NCBI GenBank assembly: GCA_965372715.1
Contig: CBDVDH010000029.1
Span: 1 to 45,917, forward strand
Direction: 5' to 3'
DNA from: an uncultured bacterium
GTDB lineage: Bacteria > B130-G9
Length of the DNA stretch: 45,917 nt
Part shown: positions 9,217 to 19,284 of the stretch, piece after piece
Position numbering within the stretch: position 1 is the first letter of the stretch
Layout: every line of letters starts with the position of its first letter
Translations under genes and position numbers: made by a program
Notes under the pieces: model-generated
Databases searched by the model: none
What the model saw: only the letters and a program-made list of their open reading frames with translations
What the model was told of the DNA's origin: nothing

Positions 9217-10548
9217 ATGAATTTCCAGCAATCGCTTGACTACCTTTACAGTTTCGTTGATTTCGAGCGGACCTCACGGTTCACGTATGATACTCGGGCC
9301 CTTGACCTTGAGGCCTTTCTCGAGCTTCTAGCGCTGCTTTCGAGTCCACAGAAGAACTTCGATATTGTCCACGTGGCTGGCACCAAGGGGAAGGGCTCGA
9401 CGTGTGCGATGCTCGCCTCGGTGCTCAGGAGCTCGATGCTCAAGGTCGGGCTCTTCACATCTCCGCATTTGCTCAATGTGCGAGAGCGGGTCCAGGTAGA
9501 TGGCGAGTGGATATCCGAGGATGCGTTCGCGTCGATTCTCTCGGAGATCGAGCCGTTTCAGACACGGCTCGGCATCAGGATGCGCTCATATAGAACGACC
9601 TTTGAGCTTCTGACCGCCACTGCGCTAATGCACTTTCGAAAGCAGGAAGTTGATGTAGCTGTTCTGGAGACTGGCCTTGGGGGGAGGCTTGACGCAACCA
9701 ACGTGGTGGACCCCAGGTTGTGCGTTATGACGAGGATCGGCTACGATCATACGGGGGTGCTTGGCGAGAAGCTCTCTGCCATAGCGTCCGAAAAGGCGGG
9801 GATAATCAAACAGGGGACGCCGGTCGTGGTCGGGCCTCAGGCGCCTGAGGCGCTCGGAGTGATAATGGATGTGGCCAAGTCAAAGAGCAGTCCAGTTGTG
9901 GATGTTGCGCGCGAGTTCAAGTTTGAATCGGAGGCCGCCGATACATCTCAGACGCTCTCCATCGAGGGCAGAGGCCTACGAATTGATGACATAGAGCTGC
10001 CCCTGCTCGGGGCGCATCAGGCGGAGAACGCCTGTTGCGCCGTGGCCGCGTCACAGGTGCTGTCTCAGGAGCTTAAGTCCATTGACGTAGGGAGTATTCG
10101 GCGGGGCCTTTCGCAGGTTCGATTGATGGGGCGTGTAGAGGTTCTAAAGAGGCGCCCCTGGGTGATACTGGACTGCGCCCACAATCAGGACTCGGCTGAG
10201 GCGCTGGTCCGCACGTTACGAGACGTGTGTGCGCCAGCAAGGAGAATCGCCATAGTCGGCGTGTCCAGCAATAAGGACGCAGAGAGGATGTTGGCCGTTC
10301 TGACGCGCTATTTCGACAGGTTTCTCGTAACAAAGGCAGACACAAAGCGAGCGATGCCGCCTGATCAGCTCGGCGACATTCTGCGGGGCCTTGGCGCGCA
10401 GGTTGACGTTTTCGACCGAGCAGCTAACGCCGCGGCAGCTGGGTGTTCCATGATCGGTTCGGACGATATGTTGTGTGTTACGGGCTCGGTCTATCTGGCT
10501 GGCGAGCTGCGGCCTATGCTGGTCCAGAAAGCGGAGGGACTGAGATGA
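9217..10548 (+). CDS. folC: Folylpolyglutamate synthase/dihydrofolate synthase
   Basis: HVAGTKGKGST, FTSPHL, ETGLGGRLDATN, EKAGIIK, LDCAHN, TGSVYLAG. Confidence 0.95.
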   Translation: MNFQQSLDYLYSFVDFERTSRFTYDTRALDLEAFLELLALLSSPQKNFDIVHVAGTKGKGSTCAMLASVLRSSMLKVGLFTSPHLLNVRERVQVDGEWISEDAFASILSEIEPFQTRLGIRMRSYRTTFELLTATALMHFRKQEVDVAVLETGLGGRLDATNVVDPRLCVMTRIGYDHTGVLGEKLSAIASEKAGIIKQGTPVVVGPQAPEALGVIMDVAKSKSSPVVDVAREFKFESEAADTSQTLSIEGRGLRIDDIELPLLGAHQAENACCAVAASQVLSQELKSIDVGSIRRGLSQVRLMGRVEVLKRRPWVILDCAHNQDSAEALVRTLRDVCAPARRIAIVGVSSNKDAERMLAVLTRYFDRFLVTKADTKRAMPPDQLGDILRGLGAQVDVFDRAANAAAAGCSMIGSDDMLCVTGSVYLAGELRPMLVQKAEGLR

Positions 10549-12611
10549 GGGCCAGATTTACGCCAACGTTCTTTCTCTGCGCGTCGATTGTGGCGGCTTT
10601 TGTGCTGGCGATCTTCGGTTACACGGTTTCTATCCCGTTGTCCGCGGAGGACCTTCAGGTATATGTCAATTACATGTTCTTTACATCTGACGACCTTGTT
10701 CCCGAGGCGTTCTACGGCAATGCATTTGGCATCTTGCCGGGTGAGTTCGTGCATAAGTTCGGGCGGCAGCCAGAGGAAGTTGGCGGTGTATACCGGCCAC
10801 TGTCAGCGTCCCTGATGGCGCTTGATTATGCCATCTGTGGAGCCGAATCGACCTGCTATCACATAACGAACCTGCTGCTTCAGGTCGCCTGCTCCATCGC
10901 GGTTCTGGCGCTCGCCTGGCATTTCTCTCTCGGCTCGGTTCCGATATCCTTGGCCGCGGCGCTGCTGTTTTCTGTCAACCCGACCCACTCGCTCTCGCAG
11001 GTCGTAATGCTCCAGCGGTCGGATATACTCTGCACGCTTTTCTACGTCTTGTCTGTTCTGTTCTTTGCCCGTCACGTTGACCAAAGGCGCGACAGCAGGT
11101 CGAGCACAAATTACGTGTTTTGCGCCGTATTCACGGTTTTGTGCTTCATGTCCAAGGAGATGGCGGCGACTCTCCCCATAGCATTTCTCTTGTATGATTT
11201 GGTGACTCGATTCGAGAATCCCTTCAGACCATCGGTGGCCCAGAGGCTTTCGAGGCGCCATGCGCTCTTCTTCGGGATACTGGTCGGCTACCTTCTCTTC
11301 AGGCTAGTAGCCTTCGGTGGAATAGGAGGCTATCCGGGGTTTACTCTCGACAAGGACATCGAAAAGCCGGCCGCTCTTGTGTTTGGGCGGCACAACATCA
11401 CCAACGCGATCTCCGGCCTCAACCATTTGTTCGGCGTTGTATCGAGCTCGAGATTGGTCCGCTATTCTCTGTTGGCCGTGATTTTCGCACCACTTCTTCT
11501 GGGCACGAACAGGCGCGTCAAGTTCGCGCTCGTGATGAGCGCGGTCGCCATGCTGCCGGTGCTGACGCAGGCGTCGATATCGCCTCTTTATATGTTTCTG
11601 TCCTCCGCCTGGTTCTCAGTCGGCATTGCTGCATCCCTTTGGTGGCTGCTTGAGCGGCTAGTCAAGCGGCGAGTGGCGACGATCGTTTTCGCTGTGCTCG
11701 TCGGGCTGGCCGCTTTTTCGTCCGCCTCGAAGGTGTTTGCGGAGATCGCCGTGTGCGAGAAAAGGATAGAGTTTGCCTATCGCACAGCGGCCCAAATAAC
11801 AAAGCTTATCTCTCCGATGCCGAAGGGCGCCAAGCTGTTCTTAGTTACACCGACTATGGTGGAGAGATCCGGTCGCGTCGATTTCGATCCTGCGATTGAG
11901 GCGATCTTACGTGTCAAAGAAAACGATCATTCGCTGAAGCTCTGGCCCATCCCGCTGAACGTTGAATACGATGAGCTCATGGAGCTTCTTCAGGCGGCGG
12001 CCTTTGATATGGAGAAGATCGATGTTGACGAGAAGACCTATTTTCTGGGGAACCTTTCCGGAGAGCTGAGGCTTCGGATGGACATTCTGAACTGCTTCAA
12101 ATCCAGAGCGGCGCTTCGTTCTGTGCCCGGCCGCGTGCCGGGGGACTACTACGGCTGGGTCTTCGATCAATCACTTTTTGGCTGGACTGTGACTGACGCG
12201 ACCGGGGCGCCCATCGGGGCCGAGCTTCTAGGCGGCAACCTCGTCTTCACGACATCAGACGGCCCGGTATTCGTCGTCTCGCCCCCTCTCGAACTGAACA
12301 CAAAGAGGGTAGATAGATTTGCGTTTGGAGCGAGAATCGAGCGAACCGACGGCCCCAGCGAGTTTCCCGTTTACGTTGAGTGGGTCAGTGGGACGTATCC
12401 CGACTGGTCGAGAGAGCAGTCGCGAACCGTGATGTTGAAAAATGACGGCGAGTTTCACGACTACGTAGCGGAGCCCGGCAAGGACTTCCACTGGGTGACG
12501 GCCAGTAACGTGACCAGGATGCGCATTTGCTTCCCCCCGATGCGGGCCAGGGTGCACCTAATGGACATCGCGGTCTATTATGGTAGGGTACCGAGGCATA
12601 AAAGGGATTAA
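10545..12611 (+). CDS. Polytopic GT-C-like glycosyltransferase (TMTC/PMT-like) with C-terminal soluble domain
   Basis: ATGA overlap with the folC stop; SDD after TM1, YRPL, YHITNLLL, LLFSVNP, QRSDIL, SKEMA motifs; many TM segments; beta-rich C-terminus. Confidence 0.7.
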   Translation: MRARFTPTFFLCASIVAAFVLAIFGYTVSIPLSAEDLQVYVNYMFFTSDDLVPEAFYGNAFGILPGEFVHKFGRQPEEVGGVYRPLSASLMALDYAICGAESTCYHITNLLLQVACSIAVLALAWHFSLGSVPISLAAALLFSVNPTHSLSQVVMLQRSDILCTLFYVLSVLFFARHVDQRRDSRSSTNYVFCAVFTVLCFMSKEMAATLPIAFLLYDLVTRFENPFRPSVAQRLSRRHALFFGILVGYLLFRLVAFGGIGGYPGFTLDKDIEKPAALVFGRHNITNAISGLNHLFGVVSSSRLVRYSLLAVIFAPLLLGTNRRVKFALVMSAVAMLPVLTQASISPLYMFLSSAWFSVGIAASLWWLLERLVKRRVATIVFAVLVGLAAFSSASKVFAEIAVCEKRIEFAYRTAAQITKLISPMPKGAKLFLVTPTMVERSGRVDFDPAIEAILRVKENDHSLKLWPIPLNVEYDELMELLQAAAFDMEKIDVDEKTYFLGNLSGELRLRMDILNCFKSRAALRSVPGRVPGDYYGWVFDQSLFGWTVTDATGAPIGAELLGGNLVFTTSDGPVFVVSPPLELNTKRVDRFAFGARIERTDGPSEFPVYVEWVSGTYPDWSREQSRTVMLKNDGEFHDYVAEPGKDFHWVTASNVTRMRICFPPMRARVHLMDIAVYYGRVPRHKRD

Positions 12612-12898
12612 GCCCCGGCTCAGGCTGGATAGCGTCGTCGGGCACCGCAGCTATTTCCAAAAAACCTGACCCACCGGGGCTTTTGCCAAATCCCGTCAGA
12701 GAGCATTTGCAGTAGCCCTCGTCTCCTTAAATATGCCGAAAATATGCCCGTTTGTCAATCTTGGGATGGCTCCACGGAGATGCGCAGGACATGAGAGGAG
12801 GAACTCAGCGACAAAGACATCTTGGTGGTTCTTCGTGAACTTGGTGGATCGTCTGCTATTATCAATCCACGAAGGACACGAAGGCGCACGAAGGTCGT

Positions 12899-12923
12899 TG
12901 GCAGGCTGGAAAGCCCGCCCTAC
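12899..12923. repeat. REP-like repeat TGGCAGGCTGGAAAGCCCGCCC
   Basis: 22 nt identical to 34820-34841. Confidence 0.75.
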
Positions 12924-13366
12924 GCTGTCAACCGCCACGGCAAAGCTTGCGAAGGCGATGTAAACGGCTATCATTTTCCTAACGCATCTTCAGATGGGGG
13001 GTTCGGGGCAGCCGGACTCCCTCCCCTCTATCCCCCTCGGATGAGGATTCCGGGGAGGGAGGCGCCTCTGGCATCCTCAGGTGGCCCGACTGGAAGTCGG
13101 GTGTTAATATAATGAGAGCCATCCATATAACCGCGTTGAAACGCGGTCGAGATGACAGCAAATCACCTACCTGCAATCTAGAATCGCACCCGCACGACGG
13201 AAGCTGTGTCACGGTGTCGTTCCAGCGCAGATTGAAAGGAGTCTGAACCGCGGCGATGCAACGTGTGCTGAGGTTACTGGCGGGTCGAGGTCCTTGCTCT
13301 ACCGCGAGGCAACGATTTTGGCGCATGGTGGGGCGCAGGCCCAGCCACTTCGGCCCGTTTGCCGGA

Positions 13367-16300
13367 TCAATCCCGGGTTGCCATGAGCGAGGCCTGGTCG
13401 AACGAGTCGCTGTAGAAGGCCTTTGGCTTTTCCAGCCTACAGCCAATCAGCACGAGGTTTTTGCAGGCCTTACGAGGGAGCGCCTCGCGTCTTATGCAGG
13501 CCTGTATAGCGTTTGCGAGAACGGTCTCAATCTTAACGGGGCGTTGGCCGGAGAATGCAAGTATGATGATCGCGCCTTCGGGAAGAGCGTCAATGGCTCT
13601 GGCCAGCGCCGTCGGGTCGTCCTTGCTCATCGTCTTCGATTCAAGGAGCTCGCCGCTCTCGGGCTCAATACCTGATAAGGTCCAGGCGTCCGTCCCAAAC
13701 GCGGTCCGTACGCCGTTTATGTAGTGGCACGATACCCCATTGGATGCCGTGACGAAGATCGTTTCCACCCCGCTCGTCTCAACATCCTTGACGATCTCCC
13801 CTAAGTGCCTCAGCATCAGAATTGGCGAAACTGCGATTCCGGCCATGTAGGTCTCATAGGCGGCATTGTAGCGCCGCATCTTGGCCAGAAGAAGCGACTT
13901 CGCGAAGTAGGCTCTATGGTTTTCCCGGACGGCGATGCTTCTATCAAATGCGGCAAGCGCCTCGTTCAGCAATGAGCATTCCTCGAATCGTCTTCCCAGA
14001 GCCAGAAAGAGCGCCGGGTCTTCGGACTGAATCTCTGGTATAACGTGTTCCACAAACGTTCCGTCACCAAGTGGCAGCCTCCTGATGAACGCCTGATTGC
14101 CGCTTGAAAAAAAACTCGTGAGCCGTTGGGCACACTCTGACCAGAGTTCCTGTTCACACGGAGAAAGCGCCTCAAGGAATCGACGTGTTTTTTTGTGATC
14201 TGAGACGACTGCCACGACGCTTCTGTTCCAGCCCGTCATCTCCAAAGCGTCTCCTCTCTTGGCGCCTTTTGCGCCTATCAGCGCGTATGAGTGTCTGAAT
14301 CTCCCCGGGAAGAGCGCCCCACGAGTCTTTTTTCCGCCCTCTTGGGGCTGCACACCGGCGATGCGGGAGACCTCCTCAGCCCAGGAACTATCTTGAACGG
14401 GGCCGTTCTCGGCCCCCAGCGACTCAAGACATTGGGTGATCGTCTCGTCCGCTCTGTAGGTCCCATCCCCAAGAACTGCCACGGCTACTATTGCTGATGG
14501 CCTGAACGAATCGACGAAGGCCTGGAATCTTGACTCGGCCCTGCGGTCGGCCGCGGCTGCAAAGTTGACAGAATCGATAATTGCACCACTTCCTGGCTCA
14601 AGCGCCACGACGTTATAGCCGGACATTTTGCATGAAACCTGCACGCCATCAACGAAGATGTCCCCGATTGGGTCCTGGTATGCCCCGCCGCTGACCGAGA
14701 CGACATCGACCGGGGCACTATCCCCGGTATCACCTACCGTTGTCATGGACAACTCCGAAACGGGGATGAGGCTGACGCGCGAAAGCAGAAACCGCCGCAA
14801 GCCAACTTCTGCCGCATCTGACCGTGCCGTGAGCGAGAAGGCGTCATATACGAACTCCAGACTGTGCAGTCCGGCGGAGAGCTGTAATACCTTGCCAAAA
14901 CGTGTGTTGTGAAGCTGTAGTGGCAATACCTGGAACGGCTCACCATTGAGCAGAGCAACTATCACAGGCTCGAACCGGGATTGCAGACCAAATGGGTTGA
15001 TGTCGAATGACAGGAAGTAAGGCCCGGATTCCGCCACATCCAGCGCGATGGTTGTCCCATCAATGCAACCTATCCCAGCTAATCCAGGAAACCTGTCAAT
15101 TCTGTCCTGCCCTGAGACCAGTATCACTCTAGATAGGTTCCCGTCAGAAAACAGGAGAGGCATTTTAACAGGCGCCTCACCAGGGGCCAGGGCTCGCCGG
15201 GGGGCTTGAGATACTGCATTCGCCAGCGACTTAACTGCGGCTTCCGAGGCAAGATTGAACCTCTTCTCGAAAAGAGGAAGCCGCTTCCTGAGCTTCTTCA
15301 ATTGCGGGTTGGGCATATTGTGGGCGTAAAGGTGAATGACGCTACCCGCATGGTCTTCCTGCGACGACAGCGCCTTTTGAAACGCCTTTTGTGCGGCCTT
15401 CATATCCCCCAGCGACTCGGCAAGCACCCCAACCGTGTAGCTATCCGAGGCGCTCTTTCCTCGACGTTTGATGTGACGTTTGAGTTTTGGCCAAACCTCC
15501 AGCAGCTCGTCGCTGATTTGGTCGTTCGATGTGTCAGCGAGCCAAGCGCAGCGGAGTACCTCGCCAAGATCGTTCAGGGCTCGCGCGGCCCGGACCCTCC
15601 CCAGAATCGCAGATGGTGGTGCTGAGGCAAAAGCGCTAACCGCGCTGTAAACGGCCAGCGCGTGCTCGAAGTCCCCTTCGGCAAAAAGCGCGTCGGCCAG
15701 AATCGAAAGCACCGGCCGCAGCGTTTCGGCCATCGGGTCCGTCCCGGCGGCTCTTGCAAGGGCGTTGACCGCGTCCGGATACATTCCTGCTTTGAAGTAT
15801 TCCTGTCCTAGCTTCCACAGGACTCTATGGATATCATCGGACCGTCCTGCCGCCGGAATCGTCCTCTGGTAAATTGATATTGCCTTTTTGACTTGGCCCA
15901 TGGCGGAATAGACGTCACCGAGCTTCTCCAGAAGTTGGGCGTCATTGGTGTTCTTGATTGGCGGTTGCTCCAAAATCCTGGCCGCCTCCGTCAGTTTCCC
16001 GAGGCGCTCAAGAACCGGAATCAGCTCAAGCACCTTGTCCTTAGCCTGGGGCACAAGCTGTTGCCAGATGTCGGTCCCGACGAGCCGCTCTGCCACAATC
16101 AGTCTCTCCCAGATGAAAGGGGCGCCTATTTTGACCGCCTCATGGAGGAGCTGGAGCGCCGGACCGTCATGTCCAGAATCCAGGAGCTGAATTGCCCGTG
16201 AGGCCCAGTGCGACGCGATTCTGTGTCTATCGAATCTCTGCGAGACAGCTACAACCAGAGGATTCTCGCCTTCCTCCAGGCTCACAACAGAGGTCGTCCC

Positions 16301-16828
16301 TGCGTCCACAACGTCTGTCGCGCCTGCATCTACAACCCCGGTGGCCGTGGTGTCAAGATACCGTTGCATAGTCTCTTGGTCCCCGTAATACCATTCTGAA
16401 TCGATCTTCTCCCAAATCTCAGTTTGTTCTTGGGGGATCAAGACGGGGGCGCCCGGAATGGTAATGGAGAAGCTAATCTCCGCTCTCCCTAGGTTACTAT
16501 CTTGACTGATCGTTATCGCCTCCACTAGAAAGTCAACGATCACTGGTTGAGAGACGGCGCCTCTTATCGGTAACTCTGACTGAGACAACAACCGTTCCCT
16601 GGAGGCCGGGACCATCATCGAGGCGGCTTTCGCCGTGTGCCCGGAGGCTCTGGCACGCCACAGTTCTTGTACTCTTGAATAGAGCCGGGTGGCGTCCTCC
16701 ATGCTGTCATTCGCCGTTGGACCAACGAGCGCCCAAACAGACAAGGACAAGGAAAAAGCCAGGGTCAGGGATATCGAGAAAAGGAGTCGTCGAGAGGAAA
16801 GGACCGAAACAGGAAACACTCGCTTCAT
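13367..16828 (-). CDS. Secreted TPR protein with C-terminal ILEI/PANDER-like domains
   Basis: Signal peptide from MKRVF; many TPR helices; GYNVVALEPGSG...AVAVLGDG...FRHSYALIGAKG matches the ILEI pattern; weaker second copy at the C-terminus. Confidence 0.75.
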   Translation of the reverse strand: MKRVFPVSVLSSRRLLFSISLTLAFSLSLSVWALVGPTANDSMEDATRLYSRVQELWRARASGHTAKAASMMVPASRERLLSQSELPIRGAVSQPVIVDFLVEAITISQDSNLGRAEISFSITIPGAPVLIPQEQTEIWEKIDSEWYYGDQETMQRYLDTTATGVVDAGATDVVDAGTTSVVSLEEGENPLVVAVSQRFDRHRIASHWASRAIQLLDSGHDGPALQLLHEAVKIGAPFIWERLIVAERLVGTDIWQQLVPQAKDKVLELIPVLERLGKLTEAARILEQPPIKNTNDAQLLEKLGDVYSAMGQVKKAISIYQRTIPAAGRSDDIHRVLWKLGQEYFKAGMYPDAVNALARAAGTDPMAETLRPVLSILADALFAEGDFEHALAVYSAVSAFASAPPSAILGRVRAARALNDLGEVLRCAWLADTSNDQISDELLEVWPKLKRHIKRRGKSASDSYTVGVLAESLGDMKAAQKAFQKALSSQEDHAGSVIHLYAHNMPNPQLKKLRKRLPLFEKRFNLASEAAVKSLANAVSQAPRRALAPGEAPVKMPLLFSDGNLSRVILVSGQDRIDRFPGLAGIGCIDGTTIALDVAESGPYFLSFDINPFGLQSRFEPVIVALLNGEPFQVLPLQLHNTRFGKVLQLSAGLHSLEFVYDAFSLTARSDAAEVGLRRFLLSRVSLIPVSELSMTTVGDTGDSAPVDVVSVSGGAYQDPIGDIFVDGVQVSCKMSGYNVVALEPGSGAIIDSVNFAAAADRRAESRFQAFVDSFRPSAIVAVAVLGDGTYRADETITQCLESLGAENGPVQDSSWAEEVSRIAGVQPQEGGKKTRGALFPGRFRHSYALIGAKGAKRGDALEMTGWNRSVVAVVSDHKKTRRFLEALSPCEQELWSECAQRLTSFFSSGNQAFIRRLPLGDGTFVEHVIPEIQSEDPALFLALGRRFEECSLLNEALAAFDRSIAVRENHRAYFAKSLLLAKMRRYNAAYETYMAGIAVSPILMLRHLGEIVKDVETSGVETIFVTASNGVSCHYINGVRTAFGTDAWTLSGIEPESGELLESKTMSKDDPTALARAIDALPEGAIIILAFSGQRPVKIETVLANAIQACIRREALPRKACKNLVLIGCRLEKPKAFYSDSFDQASLMATRD

Positions 16829-16882
16829 ATTTCCCTCGCACACAATTATTAGGAATACGCGCAGTTCATTCAGGTGGCGCCA

Positions 16883-18250
16883 CTAGTTTGAACCTCCCTG
16901 CTCCTGTGATGGTTCCGAGTTGCTGAGATTGGGCACCCACTCGGGTGGCAGGTCGCTGGCGATTCTTTCGATCTCCTTCAATAGGCTCTCGGGAGGAGAA
17001 AGGGCCAGGGCCGCCTCAAGCTCAGTCTTCATCGAGGCCAGATCGCCATTTGCCTTGTAGGTTTCTGCCAAGTGCGAGCGGATCGTTGCCTCGCCAACCT
17101 TGTCTCGCGCTGGCAGGCTCTTCATCGCCTCGTTACAGTATTTGATGGCTGCGTCGAAATCGCCCATCTTACGCTTTACTACAGCCATCTGGTCCAAGAG
17201 ATTTGGCTTCTCATCTTGACTCGCAAACGAAAGCGCCTTCTCACACAGCCTTTCCATTTCGGCTAGATCACCGCCTTGCTCAATTCCAGACGCGACGAGG
17301 CGAAGATATGCTTTGACAAACTCGGGGTCAACATCGATTGCCTTCCGGTATACTGCATTCGCTCGGTCCTGCTTGCCAATCCGGCTGAAGAAGTCGCCTG
17401 ATGCGACAAACATCGCCGGGTTGTTCGGAGCACGCTTCATCGCCTCTTCATAATACTCAGCGGCGCTGTCGTTTTCGCCAATCTTCTCATCTAGAAGCGC
17501 GAGGTTGTACCAGACCGTGGAGTTTTTCGGGAAACTCTCCTTCGCTTTGAGCCCGACAACCTTGGCTTTGGAATAGTCGCCCTGTAAGAAATACACGTCG
17601 AACAGGCCAGTAATAGCGTGTGCGCGAACCTGCTCATTGGGAGGGTTCATGTCCACGACCCTCCTGTAGAGCTGTTCCGCGTCGTCAAAGCTCATTAGCT
17701 CTTTTTGCATGTTTGCGTAGTTGACAATCACGGTTGGGTTGTTTGGGGCAAAGTCCAACGCTCGTTTACCAGCAACCAGCGCCTTTTCAATCTGGTGTTC
17801 GGACATGTAGGCTGCCGAAAGGTAAGACCAGGCCTCGCCATCGCTCGACTTCATTTCTGTGAGCTGTTCCCAAAGCGGGATTGCTTCCTTCATTCTTTCC
17901 TGTCGGTGATACAAAGACGCCAGGTTTCTGACAGCCTTTGATAGGTCCGGCTGCAATCTCACGGCTTCCTTCAAGCACCGTTCCGCCTTCTCTTCCTGGC
18001 CGAGCAGAAGATAGCAGAACCCTAGTCCGTTATGAGCCTCCGCATTCTTAGGGTTGGCCGTAATCGCTTCGTTGAAAGCTGCCATCGCCTCATGAAACCT
18101 TCCCTGCCTGCCCAGAGAGCGGCCACGTTCGTAGTGATTGCGTGACTCTTCGTTCCCAGCCCCGGCGCAGCCCAGCAAGCCCACGAACATCGTCAACAAG
18201 CCTACCAGGGCCACAAAACGCCACGTCTTGGCCTCTGCGTCTGAAAGCAA
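16883..18250 (-). CDS. TPR-repeat lipoprotein
   Basis: Lipobox LLGC; continuous TPR repeats (AEAHNGLGFCY, AVRNLA, VWYNLA); SD GGAGG before TTG. Confidence 0.85.
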   Translation of the reverse strand: MLSDAEAKTWRFVALVGLLTMFVGLLGCAGAGNEESRNHYERGRSLGRQGRFHEAMAAFNEAITANPKNAEAHNGLGFCYLLLGQEEKAERCLKEAVRLQPDLSKAVRNLASLYHRQERMKEAIPLWEQLTEMKSSDGEAWSYLSAAYMSEHQIEKALVAGKRALDFAPNNPTVIVNYANMQKELMSFDDAEQLYRRVVDMNPPNEQVRAHAITGLFDVYFLQGDYSKAKVVGLKAKESFPKNSTVWYNLALLDEKIGENDSAAEYYEEAMKRAPNNPAMFVASGDFFSRIGKQDRANAVYRKAIDVDPEFVKAYLRLVASGIEQGGDLAEMERLCEKALSFASQDEKPNLLDQMAVVKRKMGDFDAAIKYCNEAMKSLPARDKVGEATIRSHLAETYKANGDLASMKTELEAALALSPPESLLKEIERIASDLPPEWVPNLSNSEPSQEQGGSN

Positions 18251-18273
18251 ATTGAGCCCTCCCTCTATTGACG

Positions 18274-18301
18274 AAAAAAAAGCCCGACTAACGAGCCGGG
18301 C
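18274..18301 (-). terminator. Intrinsic terminator after paralog 1
   Basis: Minus strand GCCCGGCT-CGTT-AGTCGGGC followed by T8. Confidence 0.85.
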
Positions 18302-18337
18302 GTAAAACCTAAATACTATGCAAAGAAACCAGTTGGA

Positions 18338-18766
18338 CTAGAATCCTACATCCTGGTGGTACCACGGAACAACATAACCCGAACCAGTAACCTGGTTGTA
18401 GATTACGGTATACGGGTGAATGTACCCACCCTCAACGCTGCGGAACATAATGTAACCGAAGCCCGCTTGGGCGGGGATCCAAGTCGGGACCGCAGCAGTA
18501 GTTGAGAACATGAGCTGCTCTCCCGCACGGATGGCGAACATGTCCCCGGTCGTGTCTGAGGCCCAGTGACCGTTCGTGTCGCACAGACGGATGTGAATCA
18601 CGTCTGATGTTTCCTCCGAGCCGTTCACGAAGATGATAAGGGTGTACCAATCACCCCCCGTCTGCCAATACGGGCAAACGCCACGTCCAGCAGCATCATC
18701 CCAGTCTGCGAATGCCATGCTGCCAAGCAGCAAAAGCCCAACTGTCAATACGAATAGCTTCTTCAT
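18338..18766 (-). CDS. Secreted beta-rich protein of unknown family, paralog 1
   Basis: 142 aa; Sec signal ending AFA; DWDDAAGRG...YHQDVGF; SD AAAGGAGGTGA; aligns end to end with three other ORFs. Confidence 0.92.
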   Translation of the reverse strand: MKKLFVLTVGLLLLGSMAFADWDDAAGRGVCPYWQTGGDWYTLIIFVNGSEETSDVIHIRLCDTNGHWASDTTGDMFAIRAGEQLMFSTTAAVPTWIPAQAGFGYIMFRSVEGGYIHPYTVIYNQVTGSGYVVPWYHQDVGF

Positions 18767-19118
18767 CTAGTCAGTCACCTCCTTTCCTTACACTTCAAAC
18801 TCAAAACTAAAGAGGTAAAACCTCCCGAATACTTAACTCGTCGAACAGACATACAAGTGTATATCTCAATACTATAGCACTATGCCCGAATATATATTCA
18901 AGAGTCAAGCCCCTTCTACACTATTCACAATCCTGATCTCATTTACACCACTATATAACGTACTCAGTATTCCGGCCAAATGTCAATGAAAACAATACGT
19001 CGCGCGACACACTCCCTGAATACCGCTGTACAGCCCTCAAGAAGACCAGAACCGTAAGAGCAAGGACAATCGACCACGTAAGATACAGGCACATCTGTGG
19101 CCGGCATGCTTCAAAAAC

Positions 19119-19166
19119 TGTCCCATTTGGGACAATTGCACGGCCAAAATTGTCCCATTTGGGACA
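19119..19166. promoter_or_regulatory. Tandem TGT-N10-ACA palindromes, pair 1
   Basis: TGTCCCATTTGGGACA at 19119 and 19151 (32-bp period), about 350 bp upstream of paralog 1. Confidence 0.8.
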
Positions 19167-19284
19167 ATTTTTCGTCCGGCAAGACCGAAAAAACAGGAAT
19201 CTCACTTTCTAGAGTTACAAGAAATAGTGGCCGGAGGCCGGGAAGTTGAGTATTCATGTCCGGGATTTCAATATATTGATGCCG

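Noticed and set aside
12985-13035. Hairpin ending ...CCCCTCTAT resembling group II intron domain VI
   Set aside because: No recognisable domain V with catalytic triad upstream, and no reverse transcriptase gene
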